Of a stretch of DNA of 64,000 nucleotides, positions 1-9,888 are shown in pieces. This stretch comes from Bdellovibrionales bacterium (GTDB lineage: Bacteria; Bdellovibrionota; Bdellovibrionia; Bdellovibrionales; UBA1609). The stretch lies in NCBI GenBank assembly GCA_016714165.1, contig JADJNU010000004.1, forward strand, positions 44,944-108,943, given 5' to 3'. The notes beneath the pieces were generated by a model, which did not search any database, was not told where the DNA came from, and saw nothing but the letters and a program-made list of their open reading frames with translations. Positions within the stretch are counted from its first letter, which is position 1. Each line of letters begins with the position of its first letter. The position numbers and the translations under genes are program-made.

Positions 1-998
1 AGTTCCTCGGACAGTCGCCTTGAAATGATCTCCATATCCTCCTGGGTTGAGCCTGCGGGCCAACGCCTTGTAACAGACTTGATTACCTCGGCAACATGTT
101 CTCCGGAAGTTTTACCGTCAGAGCAATTTGATCCAAATTTTGCAACAAGCATAAAGGAGAATGAATTGTCTTCGCCGTTCAACAGCCTCGGAAAAAGGGC
201 CGTTGCTGCATCGATATGTTTTCCCTGCGCCGTAAGAAGGAGATTTTCTATTCTCTTAATATGATCCCTCTGTGTCTGACTTTCAAAAGATAAGGAAGTT
301 GAAGAGAGGTGTTCAACGAATTTCAAAATAAAACGAGTTTGAATCCTCATCAACTTGATCACAACTGGTGGCGTAATAATGGACGAGAAATGGTAGGAGA
401 AATCGTGGACGAGGGAATTAAACTCACCGGAGATCGGCAGAGATCCGGAATCGGAAAACAAAGTGAGATAGGGAACAATATCTTGCAGGCCCACGTTGGG
501 AGGCAATTGATAAAATTGGATGGGCAAGGGATCGAGGTTCATCTTGATCATTTGTTGATTTAAAGTAGTGACGACATTTCTTGCTCTTTCGCCATCAAAA
601 ATTGTCATTGTACGCTCGCCCAACTGGCGGACTCCCATCCATTCAGCGGCCTCCAATCCAAAGGCAAATAAGATCCACTGAGGGTTGCCCATCATATCCT
701 GTGCCCCTGGAGACCGATGGTTGGAGCCCCACCCCCACCTGTGGATTCTTGCGATCTCAATGAGGCCATGCTGATCCCTTGAAGACTCGACAACTGTGGG
801 TTTATCTGGATATTCAGTTTGTCTGATCTTAAATAAGCCGCGAAAACCGGAGTCTTTTCGTGGCGGTTGCAAAAGGGTGGAGAGGCAGGGACTCACTTGA
901 GAGGCACTTGCTTCCGGGATACTTCCTATGTTCAGAGTCAGGACTGCGAAGACTGAGGCTAAAAAATGAATCCGAACTTTCAGTTTTCTACAAGACAT
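1..998 (-). CDS. hypothetical secreted protein (partial; C-terminus lies beyond the left edge)
   Basis: Not in the ORF track because there is no stop in the window. Hand translation of the minus strand from ATG at 998-996 stays open to position 3 (MSCRKLKVRIHFLASVFAVLTLNIGSIPEASASQ...). The N-terminus looks like a cleavable signal peptide. No family recognised. Confidence 0.5.
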   Translation of the reverse strand, partial: MSCRKLKVRIHFLASVFAVLTLNIGSIPEASASQVSPCLSTLLQPPRKDSGFRGLFKIRQTEYPDKPTVVESSRDQHGLIEIARIHRWGWGSNHRSPGAQDMMGNPQWILFAFGLEAAEWMGVRQLGERTMTIFDGERARNVVTTLNQQMIKMNLDPLPIQFYQLPPNVGLQDIVPYLTLFSDSGSLPISGEFNSLVHDFSYHFSSIITPPVVIKLMRIQTRFILKFVEHLSSTSLSFESQTQRDHIKRIENLLLTAQGKHIDAATALFPRLLNGEDNSFSFMLVAKFGSNCSDGKTSGEHVAEVIKSVTRRWPAGSTQEDMEIISRRLSEE

Positions 999-1229
999 TA
1001 AGATCACCAACTTGATGAAAGCGTTACCTGATAAACTACAGCCGCAAACACACAAATCAGGGTGGAGAGGTATAGGTGCAATTTCTGTACCTCCGAGAGC
1101 TGTGCATAAGAGGGATGGACCTTACCGCCGGTGTGGTTAATGGAGAGGAATGCTAGACTCGCAGAAATTCAAGTCGCGGAAGAAAACGGAATGAAACTTG
1201 TGGGTAATTGAAGGTCTACTGGACAGGCA

Positions 1230-1703
1230 TTATGGATTTCTTTGTTGTTGCTCAAATAGGTTTGTTCCTGGATTTGGAATGCAAGTGCAGGACCTGCAAC
1301 CACTCGAATTGTATGTGCACTCTTTCCTTGCACCTAGAAATGCGCAATACGGTTCATAGTCGGAGCAATTCGAGCCCGGCCGCTCCCTAAATACTGAACA
1401 ACCAATAAGCGAAATATATAAGAAAAAAACAGAAAACCACCCGAGCACTAAGTAAGCAATGGACGGACGTTTCCGCCCAATGCTCCTCTGATAATCGGAC
1501 AGACGTGACTTATGCATCCTGCTCTTAGATAGGTGTTTCAACTCAGCTCCAAAATTACTGGTGACGTCATTTAATTCACAATCAAATGCGGTTATTGGAA
1601 ATAGCATAGGGTCACATATCGTGCGGCAGATACGACGATCGCCAGCAAAAATCATGGCTTTTAAGGCCGAGAAATTTTGAAGTTTACTTTGAAAGTCTTT
1701 CAT
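1230..1703 (-). CDS. small membrane protein with Cys-rich C-terminal tail (hypothetical)
   Basis: ORF 1230..1751. Preferred start is ATG 1703, preceded by GGAGGG. One hydrophobic helix (LVLGWFSVFFLYISLIG) is followed by NCSDYEPYCAFLGARKECTYNSSGCRSCTC (6 Cys). It overlaps the stop of the upstream M48 gene by 20 nt on the same strand. The helix plus NCSDYEPY block has a paralogous copy at 20080-20184 with synonymous or conservative codon differences. Confidence 0.5.
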   Translation of the reverse strand: MKDFQSKLQNFSALKAMIFAGDRRICRTICDPMLFPITAFDCELNDVTSNFGAELKHLSKSRMHKSRLSDYQRSIGRKRPSIAYLVLGWFSVFFLYISLIGCSVFRERPGSNCSDYEPYCAFLGARKECTYNSSGCRSCTCIPNPGTNLFEQQQRNP

Positions 1704-2925
1704 GATCTTTTCCCTCCAATTTGATTCTCTGCAAGCGATTGTTGGTTTCATGAATATTTACTTTTTCACCAAATGACCAACCCTCTTGCCTTAAATATTC
1801 AATCTCTTTCGCCAATCTCCAAGCCCTCCAGCAGTGGGTTGGATGACTCTGTTCGATAAGGAGTTTATTTCTAATCTTGAGAGGGTAAAGTACGGCTGGG
1901 GCTTTGTCCAGTGGCACAGGCCGGTTACAAGTTATTCCCGTCAACCATGACGCTGAATTTTCTCTTTTCACCCAGAGATCTAGCAAAGCATTTGGGTCAA
2001 AGCCCGCTCGTGAATAATATCGAAGCCCAACAAGATCAGCTTCTATTTCCATCCAATATTTGAATTCGGTATCGCCAATAAGTCTCTTCAACCTGGAAAT
2101 ATAATTTGAGAGAGCATTATTTAATTTACTTTCATCCAGTTGTCGAATTTGATCGGCATAATTGTGGTAAACAAGAGAATCAAGTTGACCAAGAAAAAAC
2201 TCAGTATCCGCTGAATAAGAAGGGCGATCCCAATCATTTTTGGCGGAGTCAACTGCAACTCCAATCTGAGTGTCGGCCATTAGCTTCAAATTCGAAAAAA
2301 CATCTCTATGTTTCCGCGCAGATTGCTTGAGCGTTTCCGGCAGATTCTGATGTGACGCAAGCTTTGTAAGAATCGACAGGTATTCCGTTGAGAATTTTGA
2401 CAGTTCCTTAAAATAAATCTTTTGTAGATTTGCAATCTCTTGATCGTTTACTCCAGGATGAAGAAAGGGAGTCCCAAGATAATGTTGCAGAGTTACATGA
2501 GCCAACTCATGGGCAATGACTGCCGCAACTTCGGCGTCACTCTCAAATTCATCAACAAAATTTGAAAACTTGAGAGTTCCATTTCCCATGTTTCCCGCGG
2601 ATGCCATGCTTCCCCTAGCGGCTTCGCCCTTGAGCACGAATAGACAAAATTCGCTTTTCGCGTATTCCGACCTAAATACGTCAGGGTTTGCATCCATAAC
2701 GAGTTCAACTACATCACCTAGGTATCTTTTAGTTTCTATCAATCTATCATCGCTCTGTTCGTCATCCTTACATTCCCATAGTTTATAGTTGTTATAGACA
2801 CGTCTCTCAGTTAGTTGCACCTTTTCGCCAGACAAAAGCGACTGATATTTGGCCCAGACTGAATTGGTATTGGCTAAGGTAGAAACAAAAATTGGTATAA
2901 CTACAAGTGCTCGTCTGATACCCAT
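1684..2925 (-). CDS. M48-family zinc metallopeptidase, secreted/periplasmic
   Basis: HExxH motif (AVIAHELAHVTLQH) plus a downstream WMEIEADLVGLRYYSRAGFDP block typical of M48 (BepA/Oma1-like) peptidases. ATG 2925 behind AGGAAGGG gives the signal peptide MGIRRALVVIPIFVSTLANTNSVWA. Confidence 0.8.
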   Translation of the reverse strand: MGIRRALVVIPIFVSTLANTNSVWAKYQSLLSGEKVQLTERRVYNNYKLWECKDDEQSDDRLIETKRYLGDVVELVMDANPDVFRSEYAKSEFCLFVLKGEAARGSMASAGNMGNGTLKFSNFVDEFESDAEVAAVIAHELAHVTLQHYLGTPFLHPGVNDQEIANLQKIYFKELSKFSTEYLSILTKLASHQNLPETLKQSARKHRDVFSNLKLMADTQIGVAVDSAKNDWDRPSYSADTEFFLGQLDSLVYHNYADQIRQLDESKLNNALSNYISRLKRLIGDTEFKYWMEIEADLVGLRYYSRAGFDPNALLDLWVKRENSASWLTGITCNRPVPLDKAPAVLYPLKIRNKLLIEQSHPTHCWRAWRLAKEIEYLRQEGWSFGEKVNIHETNNRLQRIKLEGKDHERLSK

Positions 2926-3557
2926 TTTTTCCCTTCCTCTGGAAGTGTATCGCAACGAGACCTTTGCAATTCATAGGCCACAGTTTGAGGTATAATTCTG
3001 CGCCACTATTTGAGTTCCTGTGCATTAGACACCCAAAAAATGGGCGATCAAAAACCCTGATTGGTTTTTTATTAGGTTCGCCTATCGTTCGGGTCTCAAC
3101 CCATAACGCCGATGATGACCTTCACTACAAAAAAGATGACCGCACACGCTGCAAGAAGGCTCGCTGAGTTTATTTTAGTCATTGTTCGAACTCCCTAAGT
3201 CCTGTGTCGGCAGAATTGACAAAACCTTTAGCTTTTTTCATTCCGTTAATAATGATCTATGCGGATGCTGCCAAATGCAAGATTCTGGGGGCTCAGGTGA
3301 CTCTGGAACTAAAGTCAGCTTTCAGTCAGACTTCGAAGTTTTCTATGCCATTGTAAATAGAGGGGTTTCACAGAAATTGACAATTTATGTCTGGACACCG
3401 TCTGTTTGACACTTCTTCATGGTGTCTACCAATGTGCTCAAATTGAGTATTTATATAATAATTTCAAGCAGTTAAGCATATTTGTCTCACTTGGGCACGG
3501 GCCTGGCACTAACTGGTTGTTAGAAACGAGCCTGGTTTGTAGGGCTTCACAGAGGTT

Positions 3558-4343
3558 GTGATTATGATGCGAAGAAAAAACATTCTGGTAGCTTTCGTTG
3601 GTCTGGCGGTACTAGCTGGCTGTGCGAAGGAAAAGAAGAAAGAGACTCCTCCAGATGCTGCACCTCCTGTTGTTGAGGTCCCGCAAGGGCCGTATGTTCC
3701 TCCTGGAAACGGTCCGGGACAAGGTCCAGGATCCAATTGGGAGTGGGGAGGATCAGCAGAACTTAAGATCAATGGTGCTGATCAGAGAGCAAAAAATAAG
3801 CTCATGGGAGAGTACACTGGCCGTCCAATGAACAGCCCAAAAGACATTCGCCTGAATGTGAATCTGACCAAAGCTGGCAATGGGTACGGTGGCGTTGTCA
3901 CTATCAGCTACGTTGATAATGGGTACCAAGAAGAAGGTTACTTCACTTCAGGATCTAGCGAGAAGGAAGTTCAATTTAATATTTGGCAACATAAGGATAA
4001 CAAGTACGCCTACCATGGCTTCTTCGAAGATTTTCTTGGAGGAATTATTGTTGTTATGGATGAGTGGATTGATCTTGGTGATGGAAAAGGTCCTGAAGAC
4101 CTTGTGGGTGGGAAAGTCTATTTTAAGAATTTCGGTTTGACTTATGCTCCTCATCCCCCCACCCGATGTTGGTTTGTCTCTCTTGGACCATATGATTGTC
4201 GGGCATGGAAAACAGATCGTTCAGTAGAAACGACTCGGAGTATTTATCCAGACGGTGGTTATGTTGAGCTCGGCAGTTTTGCTGGAATGATCTTAGATGA
4301 GGCCTTTAATGGCGAGGTTACGGAAATATTGGATAACTATTGA
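3558..4343 (+). CDS. hypothetical lipoprotein
   Basis: 261-aa ORF with GAGG upstream. Signal peptide with lipobox (VLAGC), followed by a Pro/Gly-rich linker. No family recognised. Confidence 0.7.
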   Translation: MIMMRRKNILVAFVGLAVLAGCAKEKKKETPPDAAPPVVEVPQGPYVPPGNGPGQGPGSNWEWGGSAELKINGADQRAKNKLMGEYTGRPMNSPKDIRLNVNLTKAGNGYGGVVTISYVDNGYQEEGYFTSGSSEKEVQFNIWQHKDNKYAYHGFFEDFLGGIIVVMDEWIDLGDGKGPEDLVGGKVYFKNFGLTYAPHPPTRCWFVSLGPYDCRAWKTDRSVETTRSIYPDGGYVELGSFAGMILDEAFNGEVTEILDNY

Positions 4344-4376
4344 CAGTTAAATGATTGAACAATTTGCGATTTTTTT

Positions 4377-4416
4377 AAACAGGTAAACAGGTAAACAGGT
4401 AAACAGGAAAACAGGA
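4377..4416. repeat. 8-bp tandem repeat (AAACAGGW)x5 in the 5' region of the lipoprotein gene at 4430
   Basis: Read directly: aaacaggt x3 then aaacagga x2, followed by a degenerate aaatagg. It ends 13 nt before the ATG at 4430. Confidence 0.9.
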
Positions 4417-4429
4417 AATAGGTAGTAAT

Positions 4430-5065
4430 ATGAAGAATCAAAAATACCAAATAAAGAACTTTGTTGTCTGGAGTTTCTTTGCCTTTCTGATGGTTTCATT
4501 GGCCATGATGACCACCGCTTGCGGCAAGAAAGATGGCAAGACGGCGACAACTCCCGGGAATACATACAATCCAAGTTGTCCTGGTTGCGTTGCTGATGGG
4601 ACCCTGCTAGGAGCGGCACTCGGATTCAATGGAGGTACGCTGGCCAATTACCGTCTCGAGCTAGGCCTTACATTTTCTGGATCGGCTGGTGCCTCGGGAT
4701 TCTCCGGTTACAGTGGTCCGGTTTCAGCTGTTGGAATAATGTCGGTGCGAGTTTCCTCTCAGTATTGTCCCATGCCCATCGGGGCCTATCAGGTTGCCAC
4801 AACGGCAAATGGTCAGTGGGATGCATCGCTGGGTGGATTTCGTGGCCTTTCACTAGAGGCTCGTCATACCGATGGAACGATCGTTCGCTTGCGCTTTGAT
4901 TATGGAATAATACGAGGTGTTCAGCCAAACCTCATTGATGATGGAAGTCGCGTTTATCCTTATGGTCTCATGGCTGACGTTATCGTTGATTCGGTTAATA
5001 GCGTTGTCTGTGTGGCCGGGTACCCGGGTCTTCCGCCTTTAAATAAATTTTTCTTTACCTATTAG
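4430..5065 (+). CDS. hypothetical lipoprotein
   Basis: 211-aa ORF. Hydrophobic leader ending in the lipobox MTTAC-GKKDG. Confidence 0.7.
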   Translation: MKNQKYQIKNFVVWSFFAFLMVSLAMMTTACGKKDGKTATTPGNTYNPSCPGCVADGTLLGAALGFNGGTLANYRLELGLTFSGSAGASGFSGYSGPVSAVGIMSVRVSSQYCPMPIGAYQVATTANGQWDASLGGFRGLSLEARHTDGTIVRLRFDYGIIRGVQPNLIDDGSRVYPYGLMADVIVDSVNSVVCVAGYPGLPPLNKFFFTY

Positions 5066-5184
5066 ATCTATTAAATGGATCTGTTTAAATGCATGAGGAA
5101 ATAGATCTAGGAGATATAGACCTACGATAAATAGATCTTCGAGAGATTTGATGGCCGAGTAAAGTGAAATAGTTGAGGAAGAAA

Positions 5185-5841
5185 ATGAAAAATGTGAAAG
5201 CGAAATGGACATTACTAGGTGGATTGTTAATCGCAATTTTTGCTTCCGGATGCTCCTATCAGTGGCGAGAAGCGGATCCTGGAATTGACGACAAAATTCT
5301 TATGGATATGATAGACGAATTTGGACAGAGCTCTGGCGCAGGAGGTATGTCTTCGTTCCTATCTTTGGCGGGACGTGAAAACGCTGTCCTCTATTTTGCG
5401 GAAGGCTGGTCCGACCAGCAAGGGACGATGGGCCCCCCTGCCAGCGTTTTGGCTATTTTGGACTTCAGCTTTATGGGACAATCGAGTGACTTGTCACCCC
5501 TGGACATGGATAACGCAAGGGCCATTTTTGTAGATTTAAAAAATGAGTCTGGAGAGCACGAGAATGCTCTTCTCATTGATTTTGTGCTTAAGGGAAAGAC
5601 AGCGCATGTGACAAAGGTATTTGTCAGCCAAAGTGGAAATGGCATTGTGAATGGTGAGGAATTTGAAGTGGAGATGTCTGACGGCAGTGGCAAGCCTATT
5701 TTGGTCAGGAGCTATGATCTTGTTGACGGAACTGATGATTTAAAGGGAACAATTCAACTGAGTCTTTGGGATTTTGATGCGAACAACAACGAAGATTTTC
5801 TCGGAAAAATTTCAACTTTAGTTGGTTTCGAAGGCGAGTGA
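5185..5841 (+). CDS. hypothetical lipoprotein
   Basis: ORF 5173..5841. Preferred start is ATG 5185 behind GAGGA. Leader MKNVKAKWTLLGGLLIAIFASGC carries a lipobox. Confidence 0.7.
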   Translation: MKNVKAKWTLLGGLLIAIFASGCSYQWREADPGIDDKILMDMIDEFGQSSGAGGMSSFLSLAGRENAVLYFAEGWSDQQGTMGPPASVLAILDFSFMGQSSDLSPLDMDNARAIFVDLKNESGEHENALLIDFVLKGKTAHVTKVFVSQSGNGIVNGEEFEVEMSDGSGKPILVRSYDLVDGTDDLKGTIQLSLWDFDANNNEDFLGKISTLVGFEGE

Positions 5842-5957
5842 GCATTGGTGAGTATTTCTGGAACTAGAAAAAAATAGAAGAGACCAGAGCAGGGATGACA
5901 AGGATCCAGAAAAGTCTTTGGTGTTAAAGGTGATTTCTGATATAGTGCGCATTCTTT

Positions 5958-6830
5958 ATGGCACTAAAGTACTGGGTTGAGTTCTTCGATGATTTGCAGC
6001 ATGTACGAGGACGGTCGCTTAATACCGTTATGGCATACCGTCGTGACTTGGAGCTATTTGAAGAATTTCGAAATAAACATTCCGATATTTCCAGACTTTA
6101 TGAATTTTTGAGTCAGCGAGGCTTGAGTGTAAGGTCTCAGGCAAGGGTGGTCAGCAGCCTGCGAACCTTTTTTCGCTTTTGTGAAAAGCAGGGAGTGACA
6201 GTTCCGGAGTTGAGGCAATTGCGTCCTCCGAAAGTCAATGTCACTCTCCCTCGAGGGCTCACTGCGGACGAGTTTCATCGTCTTATTCAGGCCTGTGAAG
6301 TGGAAAATTCCTATCGAACAGCACGCAATCAGATCACGCTCTTGTTGCTTTTTGGCCTTGGTTGTCGGGTCAGTGAACTCGTGGGACTTGATTTGTCTGA
6401 CATCAATGAAACCGAAGCATGGATTAAGGTTCTTGGCAAAGGTGGCAAGGAAAGATTAATCCCCTTAACGGTCAAGCTCATGCGCGAGCTAAGGGATTAC
6501 TTGGTGGAAGTGAGGCCTCATCTTGTGAAGGGCGAGAATTCGGCGGTTTTGCTCAATGATCGAGGTCATCGCCCTTCTCGGGTCGACATTTGGCGCTGGT
6601 TGTCAGCTTGGTCTATCAAGGCAGGTTTCGACGAACCGATGGGGCCTCACCGATTTCGGCATGGTTGCGCAACGGCACTCCTTGAATCGGGAGCTGACCT
6701 CAGATCGATTCAGGTACTTCTTGGACATTCGAGCATTCAAACAACTCAGGTTTATACAACAGTGTCGGCAAAAAAAATTCGAGAAGAGATCGATCGACAT
6801 CATCCTTTGTCTGAGCCTCCAGAAAAATAA
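5958..6830 (+). CDS. xerD: tyrosine site-specific recombinase XerD
   Basis: 290 aa. N-terminal SLNTVMAYRRDLELF and C-terminal HRFRHGCATALLESGADLRSIQVLLGHSSIQTTQVYT carry the R..HxxR..Y catalytic signature of the Xer family. AYRRDL is XerD-like. Confidence 0.8.
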   Translation: MALKYWVEFFDDLQHVRGRSLNTVMAYRRDLELFEEFRNKHSDISRLYEFLSQRGLSVRSQARVVSSLRTFFRFCEKQGVTVPELRQLRPPKVNVTLPRGLTADEFHRLIQACEVENSYRTARNQITLLLLFGLGCRVSELVGLDLSDINETEAWIKVLGKGGKERLIPLTVKLMRELRDYLVEVRPHLVKGENSAVLLNDRGHRPSRVDIWRWLSAWSIKAGFDEPMGPHRFRHGCATALLESGADLRSIQVLLGHSSIQTTQVYTTVSAKKIREEIDRHHPLSEPPEK

Positions 6831-6957
6831 AGGCGAAATCTTAATTTTATCCTTGGGGTTTGGGTTTGTCCGCTCCAATTCGGGCCCTGGACGAGAGTCA
6901 AGCCATCACAGAAATAAAGGACTTCTCGCTTCCACCTCCTTTGCATGACTGGAATCC

Positions 6958-8443
6958 ATGAGAATTTATTCATTTGTACGAAAAGGAATGGAATTAGTTT
7001 CTATTGAGGTTGAACTGAATCTGCTCCCAGGGGCGAATCAGCTTCAGATTATGGGCTTGCCAGATACGGCGATACGCGAAAGTGGACTTAAGATTAAATC
7101 GGCCCTCAAGACTCAGGGGTTTAAGTGGCCGGCCGGGCAACAGATTCTTATTAATTTAAGACCCTCACACTGGAGAAAATCAAGTCGGGGATTGGAGCTC
7201 GCAATTGCCTGTGCCTACCTCTGGAAATCGGGCCAGATGAGGCCGCCAGAGGGGCTTGGTGAGGACATTTATGTCTACGGAGAGCTCGGACTAGATGGGA
7301 AAGTCTATGCACCTGGTGACCTGGACTCATTGTTTAATCACCCCACTCAGGCTCCGATTTTTACTGGGAATCATGATCAACAGCTTCCGTGGTCGTTCCT
7401 CATGATCAAGGACCTTAAGGGCTTGCGATGTCCAGAAAAATTGGAGGCCAAACCCCTTTGTGATTTTAAGTTCGAGGCGACTCCTTTGCCTCAGTTGGAT
7501 TTTCCGACCGAAGCGGCTAAACTTTTGAAAATAGTTTCACTCGGAGAGCATGCGACATTGGTTGCAGGTCCCGCAGGTTCCGGCAAAACGACTCTTGCAA
7601 GAGGACTGCATGCTCTTCTTGGGCCTCCTCCCTCTCACTTGTGGCCCGAGATGGCGCGGGTCAAACGTTGGTTTAGCGATTCAACGCCCTATCGGCCATT
7701 TGTGTCGCCTCACCACAGTGTGACTCCAAGTTCGATGATTGGCGGGGGATTCCCGGTATTTCCAGGTGAAATTACTCGGGCGCACGGAGGCCTGCTTCTT
7801 TTGGATGAGTTTTTAGAATTTCCGGCTCAAGTAAAGGAATCCTTGCGTGAACCACTTGAAAGTGGAGAGATTATCATTTCTCGCCGAGGTCAAAATCAGA
7901 CTTTACCGGCCAGATTTCTCTTATTGGCCACGACCAACCTTTGTCATTGTGGGCGTTTGGTTCCAGAACGCAGAGCCCCGTGCCGATTTAGTCTGACTCG
8001 CTGTCGATCCTATTTAGAGAGAATGAGTGGTCCCATGTTGGATCGATTTGATGTTTTGGCTTTTAGCAGCGATTGGGCAAGATCGGGGCAAGCTCATTCC
8101 AAAAATGATAGAATGGAATCCATGCAAAGCATTTTTTGAACATGTCGAAAGAGCCCGTTTGTTTCAGCGAAATCGTCAGACGACAGAAATTCAAGAAAAT
8201 GGTTCTTTCGAAGTTAACGGCAGGACGGATGAGACAAGGATCTCCCAGACTCTGCCTCCCTTTGTAAGAGAAAATCTTTTACCCACGATGGGGGATTCTC
8301 GGCGCCGCATGCGAGCTCTGATGCGGGTGGCTAGAACATTGGCCGACTTGGATGAAAACCTATCCATCCAACTACCTCATCTCAATGAGGCATCACAGTG
8401 GGCGTGGAGAAACTTCGAGAACCTCAATCAGATTTTCGCGTGA
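6958..8443 (+). CDS. comM: ComM/YifB Mg-chelatase-like AAA+ protein, apparent frameshift near 8070-8125
   Basis: ORF 6958..8139 has a Lon-like N-domain, Walker A (GPAGSGKTTLARGL), Walker B (LLLLDEF) and MSGPMLDRFDV. ORF 8027..8443, in another frame, supplies the family C-terminus (RRRMRALMRVARTLADLDENLSI..HLNEA). The two pieces together make a normal-length protein. Confidence 0.8.
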
Positions 8444-8523
8444 GCAACTTATCCGATCCATTGAATAGGACTTGAGTTTTGGAGGCGAATTTGATTTTAT
8501 CCAACTTTCGTATTGCCTGGTGA

Positions 8524-8597
8524 GGTGGCGTAGCCAAGTGGCTAGGCACCGGACTGCAAATCCGTGAACGCCGGTTCGAATCCGGCCGCCACCTCCA
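8524..8597 (+). tRNA. tRNA-Cys (anticodon GCA), CCA encoded
   Basis: Hand-folded cloverleaf. Acceptor stem GGTGGCG/CGCCACC, anticodon loop CTGCAAA, T-arm GCCGG-TTCGAAT-CCGGC, discriminator T then CCA. Close to the layout of E. coli tRNA-Cys. Confidence 0.9.
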
Positions 8598-8847
8598 AAT
8601 TAACCTGATCTGAAGATTCCGATCCATTCCAAATGTCAGAAGCGTCGTGACAAAGCCTTCCAAAAAAGAAAGGAAGGCGTGCATGAAAAGGAAAAGAATT
8701 ACGATAGGAGATCACTTTAGTCGTGAGAGTGTTGCCGTAGATGTCGGGAAATCACTGCGAGCATCCCACTGCCAACCGTGGAGAACCGAAATTGCTTGGC
8801 TTTACCGACGCGGTTCGCTTGAGTTAAGTCCAAATCACTGATGCGTC

Positions 8848-9888
8848 TTATTGTCGATTGTAGAGTCTCTTTAGAAGAGCAACAGCTTGTTCGCGCGCCC
8901 ATTCCCGAGTAACCGGCTGTACTTTATAGCGTTGTATTAGAGGCTCCAGGTCGCTCGTCATTTGATCGAACTGTTTAGGACTGCGGTACCGCAAACGTTC
9001 ATTTAGGGAGCTGTCTTCCATGCCTGGCTGCAGAATCGCATCGATCTCAAGCAATAGTTTCGTGAGCCCGAAGATGCTTTCCTCCTCCGGGTAGGCGGCT
9101 CTTTCATGCTCGGCAATGAACTTTCCGAGCCTGCCTGTGGCTCTATCCCAAAGATACCCAATTCCGCGGTGGCCTATTATCAATCCTTGAAAGCTTCGGA
9201 ACATGTCATTATCAATTAAGTTGTGAGCAGACTTCAAGGCGAGCCAAGCCTGCTCAAAGTGGGTATAGTGAACCGCTTTGTCAAAAAAAATTCGGGGCAT
9301 TAATAGCGTACCGACCAGGTGCTCCTCCAGTCGATCATGAAAAAGTAGATCGCCCCTTACTGCCGTGAGTACAAATCCTCGTTTGACGGCACTAATAAAA
9401 GCGATCTCAGAAAATGTCTGACTGCCGAAGTAAGGCACGCCCAGAAACTGGATTCCATCTTTATTCAGAATGTTTAACCGATCAATGTCTGGCATCACAA
9501 TAGTTTGGTTATCGGCATAAAAATCAAATTTTGCAAAGTACTCAGGAAAGGTCCTAATGGCCTGCCATAAAGATGGCAAATAATTGACCGGCGTTGCGGA
9601 TCTCTTGCTTTCCAGTCTGGTAGCAACAATTAAATGGCCAACTCCGTCCTTGGGTTTAAAAGTGCGGAAACGAAGTGGAAAAGAATCACCGTTATAGCGA
9701 TATGGAGAATATCGCAGGAACTGACCGTCAACTTGGAAATTCCCCACCTTTACGATGGTCTGGTCAGAGCTTAGAAAGAGACCACAAATAGAAAGAAAAT
9801 CTGTTCTCGCAGCCCAAGTCTCTCGGCCAACTAAGGTCATTAAAAGGAACGGCAAGAGGATGGGATAATGGCGAAATAGATAAGGCAT
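8848..9888 (-). CDS. hypothetical secreted protein
   Basis: 346-aa ORF. Hydrophobic leader (YPILLPFLLMTLVGRETWAA). No family recognised. Confidence 0.6.
   Translation of the reverse strand: MPYLFRHYPILLPFLLMTLVGRETWAARTDFLSICGLFLSSDQTIVKVGNFQVDGQFLRYSPYRYNGDSFPLRFRTFKPKDGVGHLIVATRLESKRSATPVNYLPSLWQAIRTFPEYFAKFDFYADNQTIVMPDIDRLNILNKDGIQFLGVPYFGSQTFSEIAFISAVKRGFVLTAVRGDLLFHDRLEEHLVGTLLMPRIFFDKAVHYTHFEQAWLALKSAHNLIDNDMFRSFQGLIIGHRGIGYLWDRATGRLGKFIAEHERAAYPEEESIFGLTKLLLEIDAILQPGMEDSSLNERLRYRSPKQFDQMTSDLEPLIQRYKVQPVTREWAREQAVALLKRLYNRQ

Noticed and set aside
4377-4416. Octamer arrays (here and at 39764-39795) as mini-CRISPR arrays
   Set aside because: The units are 8 bp and directly abutting, with no spacers, and there are no cas genes in the window. 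They are simple tandem repeats.
8524-8597. tRNA-Cys as the attachment site of a genomic island (with xerD at 5958 as its integrase)
   Set aside because: No direct repeat of the tRNA 3' end was found downstream. The nearest hit is only about 8 nt, near 9978. The recombinase has housekeeping XerD features and lies upstream of comM. The accessory block has its own IS66-type boundaries 1.7 kb away.
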